A stretch of DNA of 59,012 nt from an uncultured Oscillospiraceae bacterium (lineage in GTDB: Bacteria; Bacillota; Clostridia; Oscillospirales; Oscillospiraceae), in NCBI GenBank assembly GCA_904420435.1, contig CAJFVK010000001.1:1-59012 (forward strand), written 5' to 3'. Both the position numbers and the translations under genes were made by a program. Each line of letters starts with the position of its first letter. Position 1 is the first letter of the stretch. Of this stretch, positions 26,451 to 38,540 are shown one piece after another. The notes under the pieces were generated by a model that worked only from the letters and a program-made list of their open reading frames with translations, ran no database searches and was not told where the DNA came from.

Positions 26451-28226
26451 TCAGTCCCCGGCGCCCTCGAACTGGCTGTTGTAGAGCTTGGCGTAGAAGC
26501 CCTTTTGGGCCATGAGGGCGTCGTGGGTGCCCTGCTCCACGATCCGCCCGTCCCGCATGACCAGGATCACGTCCGCCTCCCGGATGGTGGAGAGCCGGTG
26601 GGCCACGATGAAGCTGGTCCGCCCGGCCATCAGCTGGCCGAAGGCGTCCTGGATCTTCAGCTCCGTGCGGGTGTCGATGGAGCTGGTGGCCTCGTCCAAA
26701 ATCAGCATGGGGGGCAGGTAGAGCATGACCCGGGCGATGCACAGCAGCTGCTTCTGCCCCTGGCTCAGGTTGCCCCCGTCCTCGCTCACCGGGCTGTCGT
26801 AGCCCTGGGGCAGGCGCTTGATGAAGCTGTGGGCGTGGGCGCGCTTGGCGGCGGCGACGATCTCCTCCTCCGTGGCCTCCGGCCGGCCGTAGGCGATGTT
26901 CTCCCGGATGGTGCCGGTCTTCAGCCAGGTGTCCTGGAGGACCATGCCGTAGCTCCGGCGCAGGGCATGGCGCGTCAGGGTCCGGATGTCCCGGCCGCTG
27001 ACGGCGATGGAGCCCCCGTCCACGTCGTAAAAGCGCATGAGGAGGTTGATGAGGGTGGTCTTGCCGCAGCCGGTGGGGCCCACGATGGCGATATGCTGCC
27101 CCGGCCGCACCCGGAGGTTCAGATCCTCGATCAGGGGCCGGTCCGCCTCGTAGCGGAAGGACACCTGGGAGAGCTCCACCGCCCCGGTGACCTGGTCCGG
27201 CGGCAGGTCCAGGGCCTGGGGACCGTCGGGGACCTCCTCTTCCTCGTCCAGCAGCTCAAAGAGCCGGCCGGCGCAGGTCAGGGCGTTCTGGAGCTCCGTC
27301 ACCACGCCGGAGATCTCGTTGAAGGGCTTGGTGTACTGGTTGGCGTAGCCCAAAAAGCTGGAGAGGCCGCCGATGGAGATTCCCCCGCCCACGGCGGAGA
27401 GGGCCCCGGCCAGGGCCACGCCGGCGTAGACCATGCTGTTGACAAAGCGGGTGGTGGGGTTGGTGAGGCTGCTGTAGAACACCGCCCGGAGGCTGGCGTG
27501 GCGCAGCCGGCCGTTGATCTCGTCGAAGCGCTCCAGCACCGGCCCCTCCTGGCGGAAGGACTGGACCACCTTCTGCCCCTCGATCATCTCGTTGATGAGG
27601 GCGGTCTGCTCCCCCCGGATCTGGCTCTGCCGCCGGAAGTATTTCTCGCTCTTGTAGGCGATGAAGCCGGCGGTGAGGATGCTCAGGGGGGTGATGAAGA
27701 TCACCACCAGGGCGATGGGCACGTCGATATAGAGCATAAAGGCCAGGGTGCCCAGAATGGTGAGGACGCCGCTGAAGAGCTGGGTGAAGCCCATGAGCAG
27801 CCCGTCGGAGAACACGTCCACGTCCGCGATCACCCGGCTGACCAGGTCCCCGGTGGGGTGGCCGTCCAGATACTTCAGGGGCAGCCGCTGGATCTTCCCG
27901 ATGGCCGCGTTGCGCAGATCCCGGCTGACGCAGAAGGCCATCCGGTTGTTGCACTCGCTCATCCCCCACTGGGCCAGGGCGGTGACGCCGGCGGAGATGG
28001 CGATGGCCAGGAGAATGGGCCACAGGGCGGCGAAGTTCACCGCTCCGGCCCCCAGCATCTGATCGATGGCCCAGCCGGAGAGAATGGGGATCAGCAGCTG
28101 GGTGCCCACGCTGAGGGCAGCCAGCACCAGGCTCAGAATCAGGAGCAGCCGGTAGGGCCGGATGCTCCGGAGGACCCGGCGCACCACGGCGCCGGAAATT
28201 TTCTGCCGGGCTTTTCCGCTTTTCAT
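26451..28226 (-). CDS. ABC exporter, fused permease/ATPase (heterodimer subunit 2)
   Basis: 591 aa. It has six N-terminal TM segments, Walker A GPTGCGKTT, signature LSQGQKQ and Walker B ILILDEATS. Its ATG overlaps the upstream stop (ATGA). Confidence 0.92.
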   Translation of the reverse strand: MKSGKARQKISGAVVRRVLRSIRPYRLLLILSLVLAALSVGTQLLIPILSGWAIDQMLGAGAVNFAALWPILLAIAISAGVTALAQWGMSECNNRMAFCVSRDLRNAAIGKIQRLPLKYLDGHPTGDLVSRVIADVDVFSDGLLMGFTQLFSGVLTILGTLAFMLYIDVPIALVVIFITPLSILTAGFIAYKSEKYFRRQSQIRGEQTALINEMIEGQKVVQSFRQEGPVLERFDEINGRLRHASLRAVFYSSLTNPTTRFVNSMVYAGVALAGALSAVGGGISIGGLSSFLGYANQYTKPFNEISGVVTELQNALTCAGRLFELLDEEEEVPDGPQALDLPPDQVTGAVELSQVSFRYEADRPLIEDLNLRVRPGQHIAIVGPTGCGKTTLINLLMRFYDVDGGSIAVSGRDIRTLTRHALRRSYGMVLQDTWLKTGTIRENIAYGRPEATEEEIVAAAKRAHAHSFIKRLPQGYDSPVSEDGGNLSQGQKQLLCIARVMLYLPPMLILDEATSSIDTRTELKIQDAFGQLMAGRTSFIVAHRLSTIREADVILVMRDGRIVEQGTHDALMAQKGFYAKLYNSQFEGAGD

Positions 28227-29965
28227 GCGCTCTCCCCTCCCTTCCGGAACTGGCTCTCATAGATCTCCCGGTAGACCGGGCAGGAGGCCAGCAGCTCCTC
28301 GTGGGTGCCGAGGCCCGCCTGCTGGCCGTCCTCCAGCACCAGGATCTGGTCGGCGTGCTGGAGGCTGGAGGTCCGCTGGCTGACGATCACCACCGTCAGC
28401 TCCCCGCGGAGGGCCCGGAGGGCCCGGCGCAGGGCCGCGTCGGTGGCGAAGTCCAGGGCGCTGGCACTGTCGTCCAGGATCAGGACCCTGGGCCGGCCCA
28501 CCAGGGCCCGGGCGATGGTCAGCCGCTGGCGCTGGCCGCCGGACAGGTTCCGTCCCCCCTGCTCCACGGGCTCGTCCAGGCCCAGGGGCTTTTTGCGGAC
28601 GAACTCCGCCGCCTGGGCGGTCTCCAGGGCCTGCCACAGGGCCGCGTCGTCCGCTCCGGCGTTGCCCCACAGCAGGTTGGAGCGGATGGTGCCGGAGAAC
28701 AGCTGGGGCCGCTGCATGACCACGGCAACCTCCCGGCGGATCTGGTCCTTGGGGTAGTCCGCCGCATCCCGGCCGAAGAGCCGGACATGGCCGGCGGTGG
28801 CGTCATAGAACCGGGGGATCAGGTTCACCACGCTGGTCTTGCCGCTGCCGGTGCCGCCGATGATGCCGAAGGTCTCCCCCCGGCGGACGGTGAAGGTGAT
28901 GTCCCGGAGGCTCTCGCCGCCGGCGCCGGCGTAGGTGAGGCCCACGTGGTCAAAGGCGATGGCCTCCTCCCCCTCCGGGGCGACCTCCTCCCGGGGGAAG
29001 GCCATCTGGGGCTCCAGGTCCAGCACCGCCTGGACCCGGCCGGCGCAGGCCAGGGCCTTGGAGGTGAGGACGATGGTGTTGGCCATCTTCACCAGCTCCA
29101 CCAGGATCTGGCTCATGTAGTTGACCAGGGCGTACACGTCCCCGCTGAGAAGGACGCCCCCCTCCACCTGCTGGGCGCCGGCGTACAGCACCGCCACCGT
29201 GGCCAGGTTCACCACCACGTAGGTCAGGGGGTTCATCAGGGCCGACAGGCGGCCCACCCGCAGCTGCATCCGGGTCAGGGCCTGGTTCTCCCGGCGAAAC
29301 TGCTCCTCCTCCTGCTCCTCCCGGCCGAAGGCCCGGATCACCCGCACGCCGGTGAGATTTTCCCGGGTCAGCCGCAGCACCCCGTCCAGCTGGTTCTGGG
29401 TCCGGCGGTACATGGGGCTGGTCAGGCGCATGATGCCGAAGACGATCAGGCTCAGCACCGGCACCGCCACGGCGAAGGCCATGGCCGCCCGCCGGTCGAT
29501 GGAGAAGGCCAGGATCACGCTGCCGAACACGATGAAGGGCGAGCGCATGAACAGCCGCAGGAACATGTTCAGGCCGTTCTGCACCTGGTTGATGTCGCTG
29601 GTCAGCCGGGTGATCAGGGTGCTGGTGCCCAGGGCGTCCATCTGGGAGAAGTCCAGGACCTGGATGTGCTGGAACAGGGCGTGGCGCATGGCGGTGGCGC
29701 AGCCGATGGCCGCCTGGGCGGCGAACCACTGGGCGGTGATGGCGCAGGCCAGCCCCACCACCCCCAGCCCCACCAGCAGGGCGCAGCGCTGGAGAATAAA
29801 GGGCACGTTATTTTGGGCGATGCCCACGTTGATGATCTCCGCCACCACCAGGGGCACCAGCAGGTCAAACAGCGCCTCCAGCAGCTTAAACAGCGGCGCC
29901 AGGACGCTCTGCCGGCCGTAGCCCTTCAGGTAGCGGAGCAGCTTGTGACGGGTTTTCTTGTTCAA
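28223..29965 (-). CDS. ABC exporter, fused permease/ATPase (heterodimer subunit 1)
   Basis: 580 aa. TTG start at 29965 follows GAGGAGGG. It has Walker A GGTGSGKTS, signature LSGGQRQ and Walker B VLILDDSAS. Confidence 0.92.
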   Translation of the reverse strand: MNKKTRHKLLRYLKGYGRQSVLAPLFKLLEALFDLLVPLVVAEIINVGIAQNNVPFILQRCALLVGLGVVGLACAITAQWFAAQAAIGCATAMRHALFQHIQVLDFSQMDALGTSTLITRLTSDINQVQNGLNMFLRLFMRSPFIVFGSVILAFSIDRRAAMAFAVAVPVLSLIVFGIMRLTSPMYRRTQNQLDGVLRLTRENLTGVRVIRAFGREEQEEEQFRRENQALTRMQLRVGRLSALMNPLTYVVVNLATVAVLYAGAQQVEGGVLLSGDVYALVNYMSQILVELVKMANTIVLTSKALACAGRVQAVLDLEPQMAFPREEVAPEGEEAIAFDHVGLTYAGAGGESLRDITFTVRRGETFGIIGGTGSGKTSVVNLIPRFYDATAGHVRLFGRDAADYPKDQIRREVAVVMQRPQLFSGTIRSNLLWGNAGADDAALWQALETAQAAEFVRKKPLGLDEPVEQGGRNLSGGQRQRLTIARALVGRPRVLILDDSASALDFATDAALRRALRALRGELTVVIVSQRTSSLQHADQILVLEDGQQAGLGTHEELLASCPVYREIYESQFRKGGESA

Positions 29966-30075
29966 ATGCGGATCCCTCCTCTGTCTTGCCCTCCTATTTT
30001 ACCACGGCTCTTGCCATATGCAATTCATTAGTTTAGAATAGAAGCTATAGTAAAAAGATATGGGGGAGCGGCGAA

Positions 30076-30960
30076 ATGGACTTGAAGCAGATCCGGTATT
30101 TTGTGGAGGTGGTGGAGCAGGGGAGCATCAGCATGGCCGCCCGGAAGCTGGGGCTGACCCAGCCGCCGGTGAGCAAGCAGATGCAGCTGCTGGAGCGGGA
30201 GCTGGGCTGCGCCCTCTTCCTGCGGAGCAGCCAGCCCCTAGAGCTGACGGCGGAGGGGAAGCTCCTCTACGAGCGGGGGGTGAACCTGCTGGCCATGGCG
30301 GCGGGGATGGTCCAGGCGGTGGCCGACTGCCGGGACACCCAGGGGGGCACCCTCCGCCTGGGCCTGGTCAGCAGCGTCAGCCAGCTGGCGGTGGAGCGGT
30401 GGGTCGCCCCCTTCCACCGCAGCCACCCGGGGGTGTCCTTTGAGCTCTACGAGGCCAACACCTACCTCCTGCTGGACCAGCTGCGCAGCCGCCAGTTCGA
30501 CCTGGCCCTGGTGCGCACGCCCTTTGCCAGCCGGGGGGTTGCCTGCCATGTGCTGCCGCCCCGGCCCATGCTGGCCCTCTGGCGGCCGGAGCGCTTTGCC
30601 TTCCGGAGCGGGGAGCCGGTCTCCCTGGAGGAGCTGGCGGAGGTGCCCCTGATCCTCTACCGCCGGTGGGAGGACCTGGTGACCGAGGCCTTCGACCGGC
30701 GGGGGCTGCGCCCCCAGGTCCTGGCCCGCAGCGACAGCGCCGGCACCTGCCTGGCCCTGGCCAGGACCGGCCTGGGCGTCGCCATCTCCCCGGACTCCAT
30801 GGAGCAGCCCGCCCTGGCCGCCGGCCTGGGCACCTGCCCCATCGGCGACCCCTCCCTGCGCAGCGGCATCGCCCTGGCCCGTTCTGAGAGCGGCTGCGAT
30901 ACCGCCGCGGGGCAGGCCTTCTGGGACTTCTTCTGCCATATGGAGGCCGTCCGCCCCTAG
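30076..30960 (+). CDS. LysR-family transcriptional regulator
   Basis: 294 aa. The HTH is MDLKQIRYFVEVVEQGSISMAARKLGLTQPPVSKQMQLLE. It is divergent from the ABC exporter pair. Confidence 0.92.
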   Translation: MDLKQIRYFVEVVEQGSISMAARKLGLTQPPVSKQMQLLERELGCALFLRSSQPLELTAEGKLLYERGVNLLAMAAGMVQAVADCRDTQGGTLRLGLVSSVSQLAVERWVAPFHRSHPGVSFELYEANTYLLLDQLRSRQFDLALVRTPFASRGVACHVLPPRPMLALWRPERFAFRSGEPVSLEELAEVPLILYRRWEDLVTEAFDRRGLRPQVLARSDSAGTCLALARTGLGVAISPDSMEQPALAAGLGTCPIGDPSLRSGIALARSESGCDTAAGQAFWDFFCHMEAVRP

Positions 30961-31104
30961 GCCGCCGGGCGGCTCCCGACAATCCGCCTGGACGCTCCCC
31001 GCCCGATGCTTTCCCGGCTGGGGGCTGTGGTGTTTTTGCACAAAACCGGATGGGCTTATTCTGCGCTAAAATTCACAAAATTTGAGAAGCTGGAAAAATT
31101 CGCT

Positions 31105-31134
31105 TTGAAAATGGCGCAAAAAATGCGCTAAAAT
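31105..31134 (+). promoter_or_regulatory. Candidate promoter of the orf81 / carD-like pair
   Basis: TTGAAA (31105-31110), 18 nt, TAAAAT (31129-31134). Confidence 0.45.
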
Positions 31135-31162
31135 GGGGTTACCAAAAACGAGGAGGTAACCC

Positions 31163-31408
31163 ATGAAGCGGATCAAGGCGGCCTGCCTGATGCAGACCAT
31201 TCATTTTCAGCTGAAGGAGGACATGGACCACGAGGCGGCTGTCCAGGCCGCCCAGGCGGAGTACATCCACTACAAGGCCCAGATGGACCGGAACCGCACC
31301 CGGTATGAGATCGTCAAGGAGACGGTCCAGCCGGACGGCTCCCTGATGGTGGAGCTGAAAAAGCAGGTGAACCACTACGACTGCACCCCCTACTTCACCC
31401 GTGTTTGA
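31163..31408 (+). CDS. Hypothetical small protein (81 aa)
   Basis: ATG follows GAGGAGG. The ORF end overlaps the GTG start of the CarD-like gene. No family recognised. Confidence 0.6.
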   Translation: MKRIKAACLMQTIHFQLKEDMDHEAAVQAAQAEYIHYKAQMDRNRTRYEIVKETVQPDGSLMVELKKQVNHYDCTPYFTRV

Positions 31409-31904
31409 GAAGGGGAGCTACGTCATGTACGGCCAGGCGGGGGCCTGCCAGGTCACGGAGATCGGTCCCCTGCCCGGCGGCCGGCCGGACAGGCGCTACT
31501 ACACCCTCCGGCCCGTGGACGGGGCGGGGGTCATCTATGTGCCGGTGGACACCCAGGTCTGGATGGAGCCGGTGTTCTCCCGGCAGGAGGCGGAGAGCCT
31601 CCTGGGCAGGGCAGCGGCCATCGGCGCCTGGTCGCCCGGCGCGCCGGGGCGGCTCCAGCAGCAGGAGGCCCAGTACCGGGCCCTCTTCCGCCGCCACTCC
31701 CGGGAGGCCCTGGTGGGCATGCTCAAGACCGTGGAGCGCAAGCGGTCCCAGGGGCGGGGGCGGCTCGGCAGCGTGGACGACCGGTACGGCCGTCTGGCGG
31801 AGAAAATTTTGAGCTCGGAGCTGTCCGTGGCCCTGGCCCTCCCTCTGGAGGAGGCCCGCCGCCGGCTGCTGCTGAGCGTGGGCGGCAGCCCACGGGCTAC
31901 ATAA
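31401..31904 (+). CDS. CarD/CdnL-family transcriptional regulator
   Basis: 167 aa. The N-terminal Tudor-like block FEKGSYVMYGQAGACQVTEI...YYTLRPV resembles the CarD RNAP-interacting domain. Confidence 0.75.
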   Translation: MFEKGSYVMYGQAGACQVTEIGPLPGGRPDRRYYTLRPVDGAGVIYVPVDTQVWMEPVFSRQEAESLLGRAAAIGAWSPGAPGRLQQQEAQYRALFRRHSREALVGMLKTVERKRSQGRGRLGSVDDRYGRLAEKILSSELSVALALPLEEARRRLLLSVGGSPRAT

Positions 31905-31919
31905 GAAACGGAAAACCGC

Positions 31920-31939
31920 GCGGAAGAGGATTCTTCCGC
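31920..31939. terminator. Small hairpin between the convergent carD-like and lipoprotein genes
   Basis: GCGGAAGA-GGAT-TCTTCCGC. Confidence 0.4.
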
Positions 31940-31953
31940 ACGGTGTTTGCCTG

Positions 31954-32493
31954 TCAGGACGCCGGCACAGGGGCCAGGACGGGCCGGACAAAGCGGTGGA
32001 AATCGAGATAGCCCGCCCGGCTGCTTGCGGGCCGCTCCAAAGAGGGGTAAACCGCAGAAACGCCGCCCTCCAGGGGGAAGAAGAAATCCGACTTGACCTC
32101 CGCCTCCGCCGCCTCCGCGGCGCCCCTGTAGAACACATCCCCGTTGATAGCGACCTCCAGAGTCTGGCTGCCCCGCTGCCAGACCGCCACATTGCCGCTG
32201 AAGGCCAGGGGCGCGGCCTCCGCCTCCGGAAAGACCAGGCGCACCCCCCGGACCTCCAGAATCCCCCAGTGGAAAGGGGACTCGGAGGTTTCCACCAGGA
32301 TCTCCAGAGTCACGGGAAAAGCCATGGACTCGTAGAGCACCTCCTCCGTACAGGAGATCCGGGCCGCCCGCAGGGTTTCCCCCGGGGAAGCCTCCGGACG
32401 AAAGCCCCCGTCCGGGTAGGACCCCAGGGCGGAGGGCGCGGCGGCGCACAGGCCCAGGGCCAGCAACAGGCAGACCAGCCGCCTCATCTTCAT
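31954..32493 (-). CDS. Hypothetical secreted protein or lipoprotein (179 aa)
   Basis: ATG at 32493 follows GGAGAGGAGG. The signal peptide is MKMRRLVCLLLALGLCAAAPSA, with a lipobox-like LGLC. Confidence 0.7.
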   Translation of the reverse strand: MKMRRLVCLLLALGLCAAAPSALGSYPDGGFRPEASPGETLRAARISCTEEVLYESMAFPVTLEILVETSESPFHWGILEVRGVRLVFPEAEAAPLAFSGNVAVWQRGSQTLEVAINGDVFYRGAAEAAEAEVKSDFFFPLEGGVSAVYPSLERPASSRAGYLDFHRFVRPVLAPVPAS

Positions 32494-32637
32494 GGAAACG
32501 CCTCCTCTCCAGTCCGGCGGGGAACCCATCTTCTCAGGAACATGATACCACAGGGCGGGCGGACACCGTCTTGCGCGGGGCGCAAAAAACCGATCGCGGC
32601 GCGCAAAAACCGGCGGGTGCGGGAGGGGACGCCCGCC

Positions 32638-33390
32638 CTACCGCAGCTCCAGCACCACCGGGCAGTGGTCGCTGCCCAGCACGTCGCTGCGGATCTCCGC
32701 CGCAGCCACCCGGCTTCGGAGCCGGTCGGACACGATGAAGTAGTCGATCCGCCATCCGGCATTGTTCTTCCGGGCATTGAACCGGTAGCTCCACCAGCTG
32801 TAGGCCCCGGTAGCGTCCGGGTGGAGATACCGGAAGGTGTCGGTGAAGCCGGAGGAGAGGAGGGCGGTCATCTGGGCGCGCTCCTCATCGGAGAAGCCGG
32901 CGTTGCCCCGATTGGGGCCCGGGTTTTTCAGGTCGATCTCCTGGTGGGCCACGTTCAGGTCCCCGCACAGCACCACGGGCTTGACCCGGTCCAGCTCCGC
33001 CAGGTAGGCCCGGAAGTCCTCCTCCCAGCGCATCCGGTAGTCCAGGCGCTTGAGGCCCTCCTGGGCGTTGGGGGTGTAGCAGCACACCAGGGTGAAGTCC
33101 GGGTATTCGGCGGTGATCACCCGGCCCTCGTGGCGGTGGATGTCCTCCCCGAAGTCACGGACGACGGACAGGGGCTGGGCCCTGGTGAAGATGGCGGTGC
33201 CGGAGTAGCCCTTTTTGTCGGCGCTGTTCCAGTAGCGCTCATAGCCGGGCAGGTCAAAGTCCGCCTGGCCCTCCTCCATTTTCGTTTCCTGCAGGCAGTA
33301 GACGTCCGCCCCCTCCTGGAGGCAGTAGTCCACAAAGCCCTTCTTTAGGCAGGAGCGCAGTCCGTTCACGTTCCAGGATACCAGTTTCAT
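32638..33390 (-). CDS. xth: Exodeoxyribonuclease III (AP endonuclease)
   Basis: 250 aa. It has MKLVSWNVNGLRS, QETK, GDLNVAH and SDHCPV. Confidence 0.95.
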   Translation of the reverse strand: MKLVSWNVNGLRSCLKKGFVDYCLQEGADVYCLQETKMEEGQADFDLPGYERYWNSADKKGYSGTAIFTRAQPLSVVRDFGEDIHRHEGRVITAEYPDFTLVCCYTPNAQEGLKRLDYRMRWEEDFRAYLAELDRVKPVVLCGDLNVAHQEIDLKNPGPNRGNAGFSDEERAQMTALLSSGFTDTFRYLHPDATGAYSWWSYRFNARKNNAGWRIDYFIVSDRLRSRVAAAEIRSDVLGSDHCPVVLELR

Positions 33391-33499
33391 GTCCCTTGTC
33401 CTCCCTGCGGCTGTTTTTCCACAGCATACCGTGAATCCGGGGGATTGTCAATACGCCGGCGGAGAGGGGGAAAGCCGGCCAAAACAGCGGGATTTCTCC

Positions 33500-33529
33500 T
33501 TGTCAGGGCGGCGTGGGCTGTGCTATACT
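33500..33529 (+). promoter_or_regulatory. Promoter of metG
   Basis: TTGTCA (33500-33505), 18 nt, TATACT (33524-33529), with TG at -15/-14. The leader is short (about 45 nt) with no T-box-sized element. Confidence 0.55.
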
Positions 33530-33579
33530 TAATAGTTGAGAAAGATTGCGCCCCGCTGGGCGTTCAGGAGGAATCGCCA

Positions 33580-35620
<2,041 letters not shown>

Positions 35621-35622
<2 letters not shown>

Positions 35623-35778
35623 GCATTTCGAGGGGGAGCTGGCTGACACCGTTGCGGCATTGCGATTCCCGGCTCTGCTGGGGCCGCCAATCGCGCCGCT
35701 CTTGCGTACCGTCGGGCCAAACCGGTTGACCGGCGCTGCCCGCGCCTGCCAACCGGGGCCCTTCCTCGAAATCAGCTC
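35621..35778. repeat. About 158-nt GC-rich unit bounded by inverted repeats, starting at the metG stop codon
   Basis: GAGC-ATTTCGAGG (35621-35633) is complementary to CCTCGAAAT-CA-GCTC (35764-35778). Confidence 0.5.
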
Positions 35779-35813
35779 GCTTACTCTGCCGCCGGCAGCG
35801 CTTCGCCGCTTTC

Positions 35814-35899
35814 CCCCCTCGCCAGTCTGCGGACTGGTGTGTGCGCCCAGGGCGCGCGAGTCAAAGTATGTTCGGCAGGCGCATGTCCTGCCGGACATG
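35814..35899. repeat. Copy 2 of the ~86-nt dispersed intergenic element
   Basis: See 1-86. It has the same module order and ends 26 nt before the PNPOx-like gene ATG. Confidence 0.75.
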
Positions 35900-35925
35900 A
35901 TATAAAATCAAAAGGAGGTTTCCCC

Positions 35926-36318
35926 ATGGAAGAAGTGTATGCGTTTTTGAAGGCCTGCGGCACCTACTATCTGGCCACCGTGGAGGGGGATCAGCCCCGG
36001 GTCCGGCCCTTCGGCACCGTGGACATCTTTGACGGCCGCCTGACCATCCAGACCGGCCGGAAGAAGGACGTGGCCCGGCAGATTTTCCAGAACCCCAAGG
36101 TGGAGCTCTGCGGCTTCCACGGCGGAAAGTGGCTCCGGGTGGCGGCCAAGGCCGTGGAGGAGCCCCGGCTGGAGGCCCAGGAGCACATGCTGGACGCCTA
36201 CCCCAACCTGCGGGACCGGTACGCCCCCGGGGATGGCAACAACCTGATCTTTGCCCTGACCGAGGTGACGGCCACCTTCTCCTCCTTTACCGAGGAGCCC
36301 AGGACCGTGACCTTCTAA
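35926..36318 (+). CDS. Pyridoxamine 5'-phosphate oxidase-family (FMN-binding split-barrel) protein
   Basis: ATG at 35926 follows AAAGGAGG. The blocks YLATVEGDQPRVRPFG and VELCGF are typical of the family. The upstream part of the ORF-track frame lies in the repeat. Confidence 0.8.
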   Translation: MEEVYAFLKACGTYYLATVEGDQPRVRPFGTVDIFDGRLTIQTGRKKDVARQIFQNPKVELCGFHGGKWLRVAAKAVEEPRLEAQEHMLDAYPNLRDRYAPGDGNNLIFALTEVTATFSSFTEEPRTVTF

Positions 36319-36355
36319 ACACCCCTGTCCGGGTGCGGACCGCGCCAGAGAGCCA

Positions 36356-36389
36356 GCGGCGGCGGCAATTTGCCGCCGCCGCGGCTTTT
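36356..36389 (+). terminator. Terminator after the PNPOx-like gene
   Basis: GCGGCGGCGGCA-ATT-TGCCGCCGCCGC, then GGCTTTT. Confidence 0.7.
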
Positions 36390-36445
36390 GCCGGGCGCCC
36401 AGTTTCCCGCCGGCCTTGCCGGGGGAGGAAAAAGGAGAGCAGACC

Positions 36446-37213
36446 ATGAACCTGTTTGATACCCACGCCCACTACGACGACGCCGCCTTTGACGCTGACC
36501 GGGAGGCGCTCCTGGCGTCCCTGCCGGAACGGGGGGTGTCCCTGGTGGTGAACCCCGGGTGCGACGTCCCCTCCAGCCGGAGGGCGGTGGAGCTCTCGGA
36601 GAGGTTCCCCCATGTGTATGCCGCCGTGGGCGTCCATCCGGAGAACTGCGCCGGGTACGGCCCGGCGGACCTGGCGGCCATCCGGGACCTGGCGGCGGCG
36701 CCCAAGGTCCGGGCCATCGGGGAGATCGGCCTGGACTACTACTGGGAGGAGAATCCCCCCCGGGAGCTCCAGCAGCGGGTTTTTCGGGACCAGATGGCCC
36801 TGGCGGAGGAACTGGACCTGCCGGTGATCGTCCACGACCGGGAGGCCCACGGGGACAGTCTTGCCATCGTCAGGGCGTTCCCCCGTGTCCGTGGGGTGTT
36901 CCACTGCTACTCCGGCAGCGTGGAGATGGCCCGGGAGCTGGTAAAGCTGGGCTGGATGATCTCCTTCACCGGGGTGCTCACCTACAAAAACGCCCGGAAG
37001 GCGGTGGAGACGGCCCGGGAGATCCCCCTGGAGCGGCTGATGATCGAGACCGACAGCCCCTATATGGCGCCGGTGCCCTGCCGGGGGAGGCGCTGCGACT
37101 CCACCCTGGTCCGCTATGTCTGCGAAAAGCTCTCGGAGATCAAGGGCATCTCCCCGGAGGAGTGCGCCCGGATCACCCTGGAAAACGGGAAGCGGTTTTT
37201 CCGCATTCCCTAG
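36446..37213 (+). CDS. tatD: TatD-family metal-dependent hydrolase (DNase)
   Basis: ATG at 36446 follows AAAGGAGAG. It has FDTHAHYDD, EIGLDYYW, VIVHDREAH and IETDSPYM. Confidence 0.92.
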   Translation: MNLFDTHAHYDDAAFDADREALLASLPERGVSLVVNPGCDVPSSRRAVELSERFPHVYAAVGVHPENCAGYGPADLAAIRDLAAAPKVRAIGEIGLDYYWEENPPRELQQRVFRDQMALAEELDLPVIVHDREAHGDSLAIVRAFPRVRGVFHCYSGSVEMARELVKLGWMISFTGVLTYKNARKAVETAREIPLERLMIETDSPYMAPVPCRGRRCDSTLVRYVCEKLSEIKGISPEECARITLENGKRFFRIP

Positions 37214-37254
37214 GGAAAAACCCGGCGAAAAACGGAAGAAACCGGAAAAAGTTC

Positions 37255-37282
37255 TTGACTTTTCAGGAAAAACTTATATAAT
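37255..37282 (+). promoter_or_regulatory. Promoter of rpsF-ssb-rpsR
   Basis: TTGACT (37255-37260), 16 nt, TATAAT (37277-37282). Confidence 0.6.
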
Positions 37283-37361
37283 AATAGGGCTTGCTTTGGC
37301 AGGCAGATCCTTGCTCCCGGCGAGGACCGGGGGCCATCAGTCCAAAAGGAGGTGCAACAAA

Positions 37362-37658
37362 ATGGCAAAAGTATCTGCGAATTACGAGGTCGTGTATATC
37401 ATCGACCCCGCGTTCAGCGAGGAGGAGACCGCCGCCACCGTGGCGAAGTTCAAGGACCTGGCTGAGCAGCACGGCAGCGCTGTTGAGGTTGAGGAGTGGG
37501 GCAAGCGGAAGCTGGCCTACGCCATCAACTACAAGACCGAGGGCTACTATGTCCTCATGTCCTTCACCAGCGACCCGTCCTTCCCCAAGGAGCTGGACCG
37601 TATCCTGGGCATTACCGACGGCATCCTGCGTTCCCTGATTGTCTGCAAGGACGTGTAA
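37362..37658 (+). CDS. rpsF: 30S ribosomal protein S6
   Basis: 98 aa. It has YEVVYIIDP and WGKRKLAYAI. SD is AAAGGAGG. Confidence 0.95.
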   Translation: MAKVSANYEVVYIIDPAFSEEETAATVAKFKDLAEQHGSAVEVEEWGKRKLAYAINYKTEGYYVLMSFTSDPSFPKELDRILGITDGILRSLIVCKDV

Positions 37659-37670
37659 GGGGGCGCGACG

Positions 37671-38141
37671 ATGCTGAACCGCATTATCATCATGGGCCGC
37701 CTGACCCGCGACCCGGAGCTGCGCCGCACCCAGAGCGGCCTGGCGGTGACGTCCTTCTCCCTGGCCGTGGACCGGGATTTCAAGAACCAGTCCGGCGAGA
37801 AGGAAACGGATTTCATCGACGTGGTGGCGTGGCGCCAGACAGCGGAGTTTGTCTGCAACTACTTCTCCAAGGGCCGCATGGCCGTGGTGGAGGGCCGGCT
37901 GCAGATCCGCGACTGGAAGGACCGTGACGGCAACAACCGCCGCAGCGCGGAGGTGCAGGCCGATAACGTCTATTTTGGCGACAGTAAGCGGGACAACGCC
38001 GGCGGCGGCTATGACGCGCCCCCGGCCTACGGCATGCCCGCCTACGGCCAGCAGAGCGCCGGCGGCGGCTACAGCGCCCCCACCGGTGAACCGTCCGGCT
38101 TCGCGGAGCTGGACGACCAGGACGGCGAGCTGCCGTTCTAA
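37671..38141 (+). CDS. ssb: Single-stranded DNA-binding protein
   Basis: 156 aa. It has [18 protein letters not shown] (OB fold), a Gly/Pro/Tyr-rich linker, and the acidic tail DDQDGELPF. Confidence 0.95.
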   Translation: MLNRIIIMGRLTRDPELRRTQSGLAVTSFSLAVDRDFKNQSGEKETDFIDVVAWRQTAEFVCNYFSKGRMAVVEGRLQIRDWKDRDGNNRRSAEVQADNVYFGDSKRDNAGGGYDAPPAYGMPAYGQQSAGGGYSAPTGEPSGFAELDDQDGELPF

Positions 38142-38166
38142 CGAAACTGAAGAGGAGGAATCAGCC

Positions 38167-38418
38167 ATGGCTATGGAACGTGAAAATAGACCCGCCCGTC
38201 CCGCCAACCGCAAGCGCCGGAAGGTTTGCCAGTTCTGCGCGGACAAGTGCGAGCACATCGATTACAAGGACGCCGCCAAGCTGCGCCGCTTTATCTCCGA
38301 GCGCTCCAAGATCCTGCCCCGCAGGACCACCGGCACCTGCGCCATGCATCAGCGCCAGCTGACCGAGGCCATCAAGCGGGCCCGCCAGCTCGCCCTGCTG
38401 CCCTACGTGACCGAGTAA
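38167..38418 (+). CDS. rpsR: 30S ribosomal protein S18
   Basis: 83 aa. It has [14 protein letters not shown] and ARQLALLPY. Confidence 0.95.
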   Translation: MAMERENRPARPANRKRRKVCQFCADKCEHIDYKDAAKLRRFISERSKILPRRTTGTCAMHQRQLTEAIKRARQLALLPYVTE

Positions 38419-38456
38419 AGACCGGCCCGCGTCAGGAGCGTCTGCTGAAAGACTGT

Positions 38457-38491
38457 CCCCGCCGCAGTGTTCCCCTGCGGCGGGGCTTTTT
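38457..38491 (+). terminator. Terminator after rpsR
   Basis: CCCCGCCGCA-GTGTTCCC-TGCGGCGGGG, then CTTTTT. Confidence 0.8.
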
Positions 38492-38540
38492 CTCTCCGGG
38501 CGGGGAATTGCTTCCGCCGGCGGCCCGGAAAAGTTTCCTC

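Noticed and set aside
33391-33579. T-box leader upstream of metG.
   Set aside because: The distance from the candidate -10 to the ATG is only about 45 nt, with no terminator or antiterminator. That is too short for a T-box.
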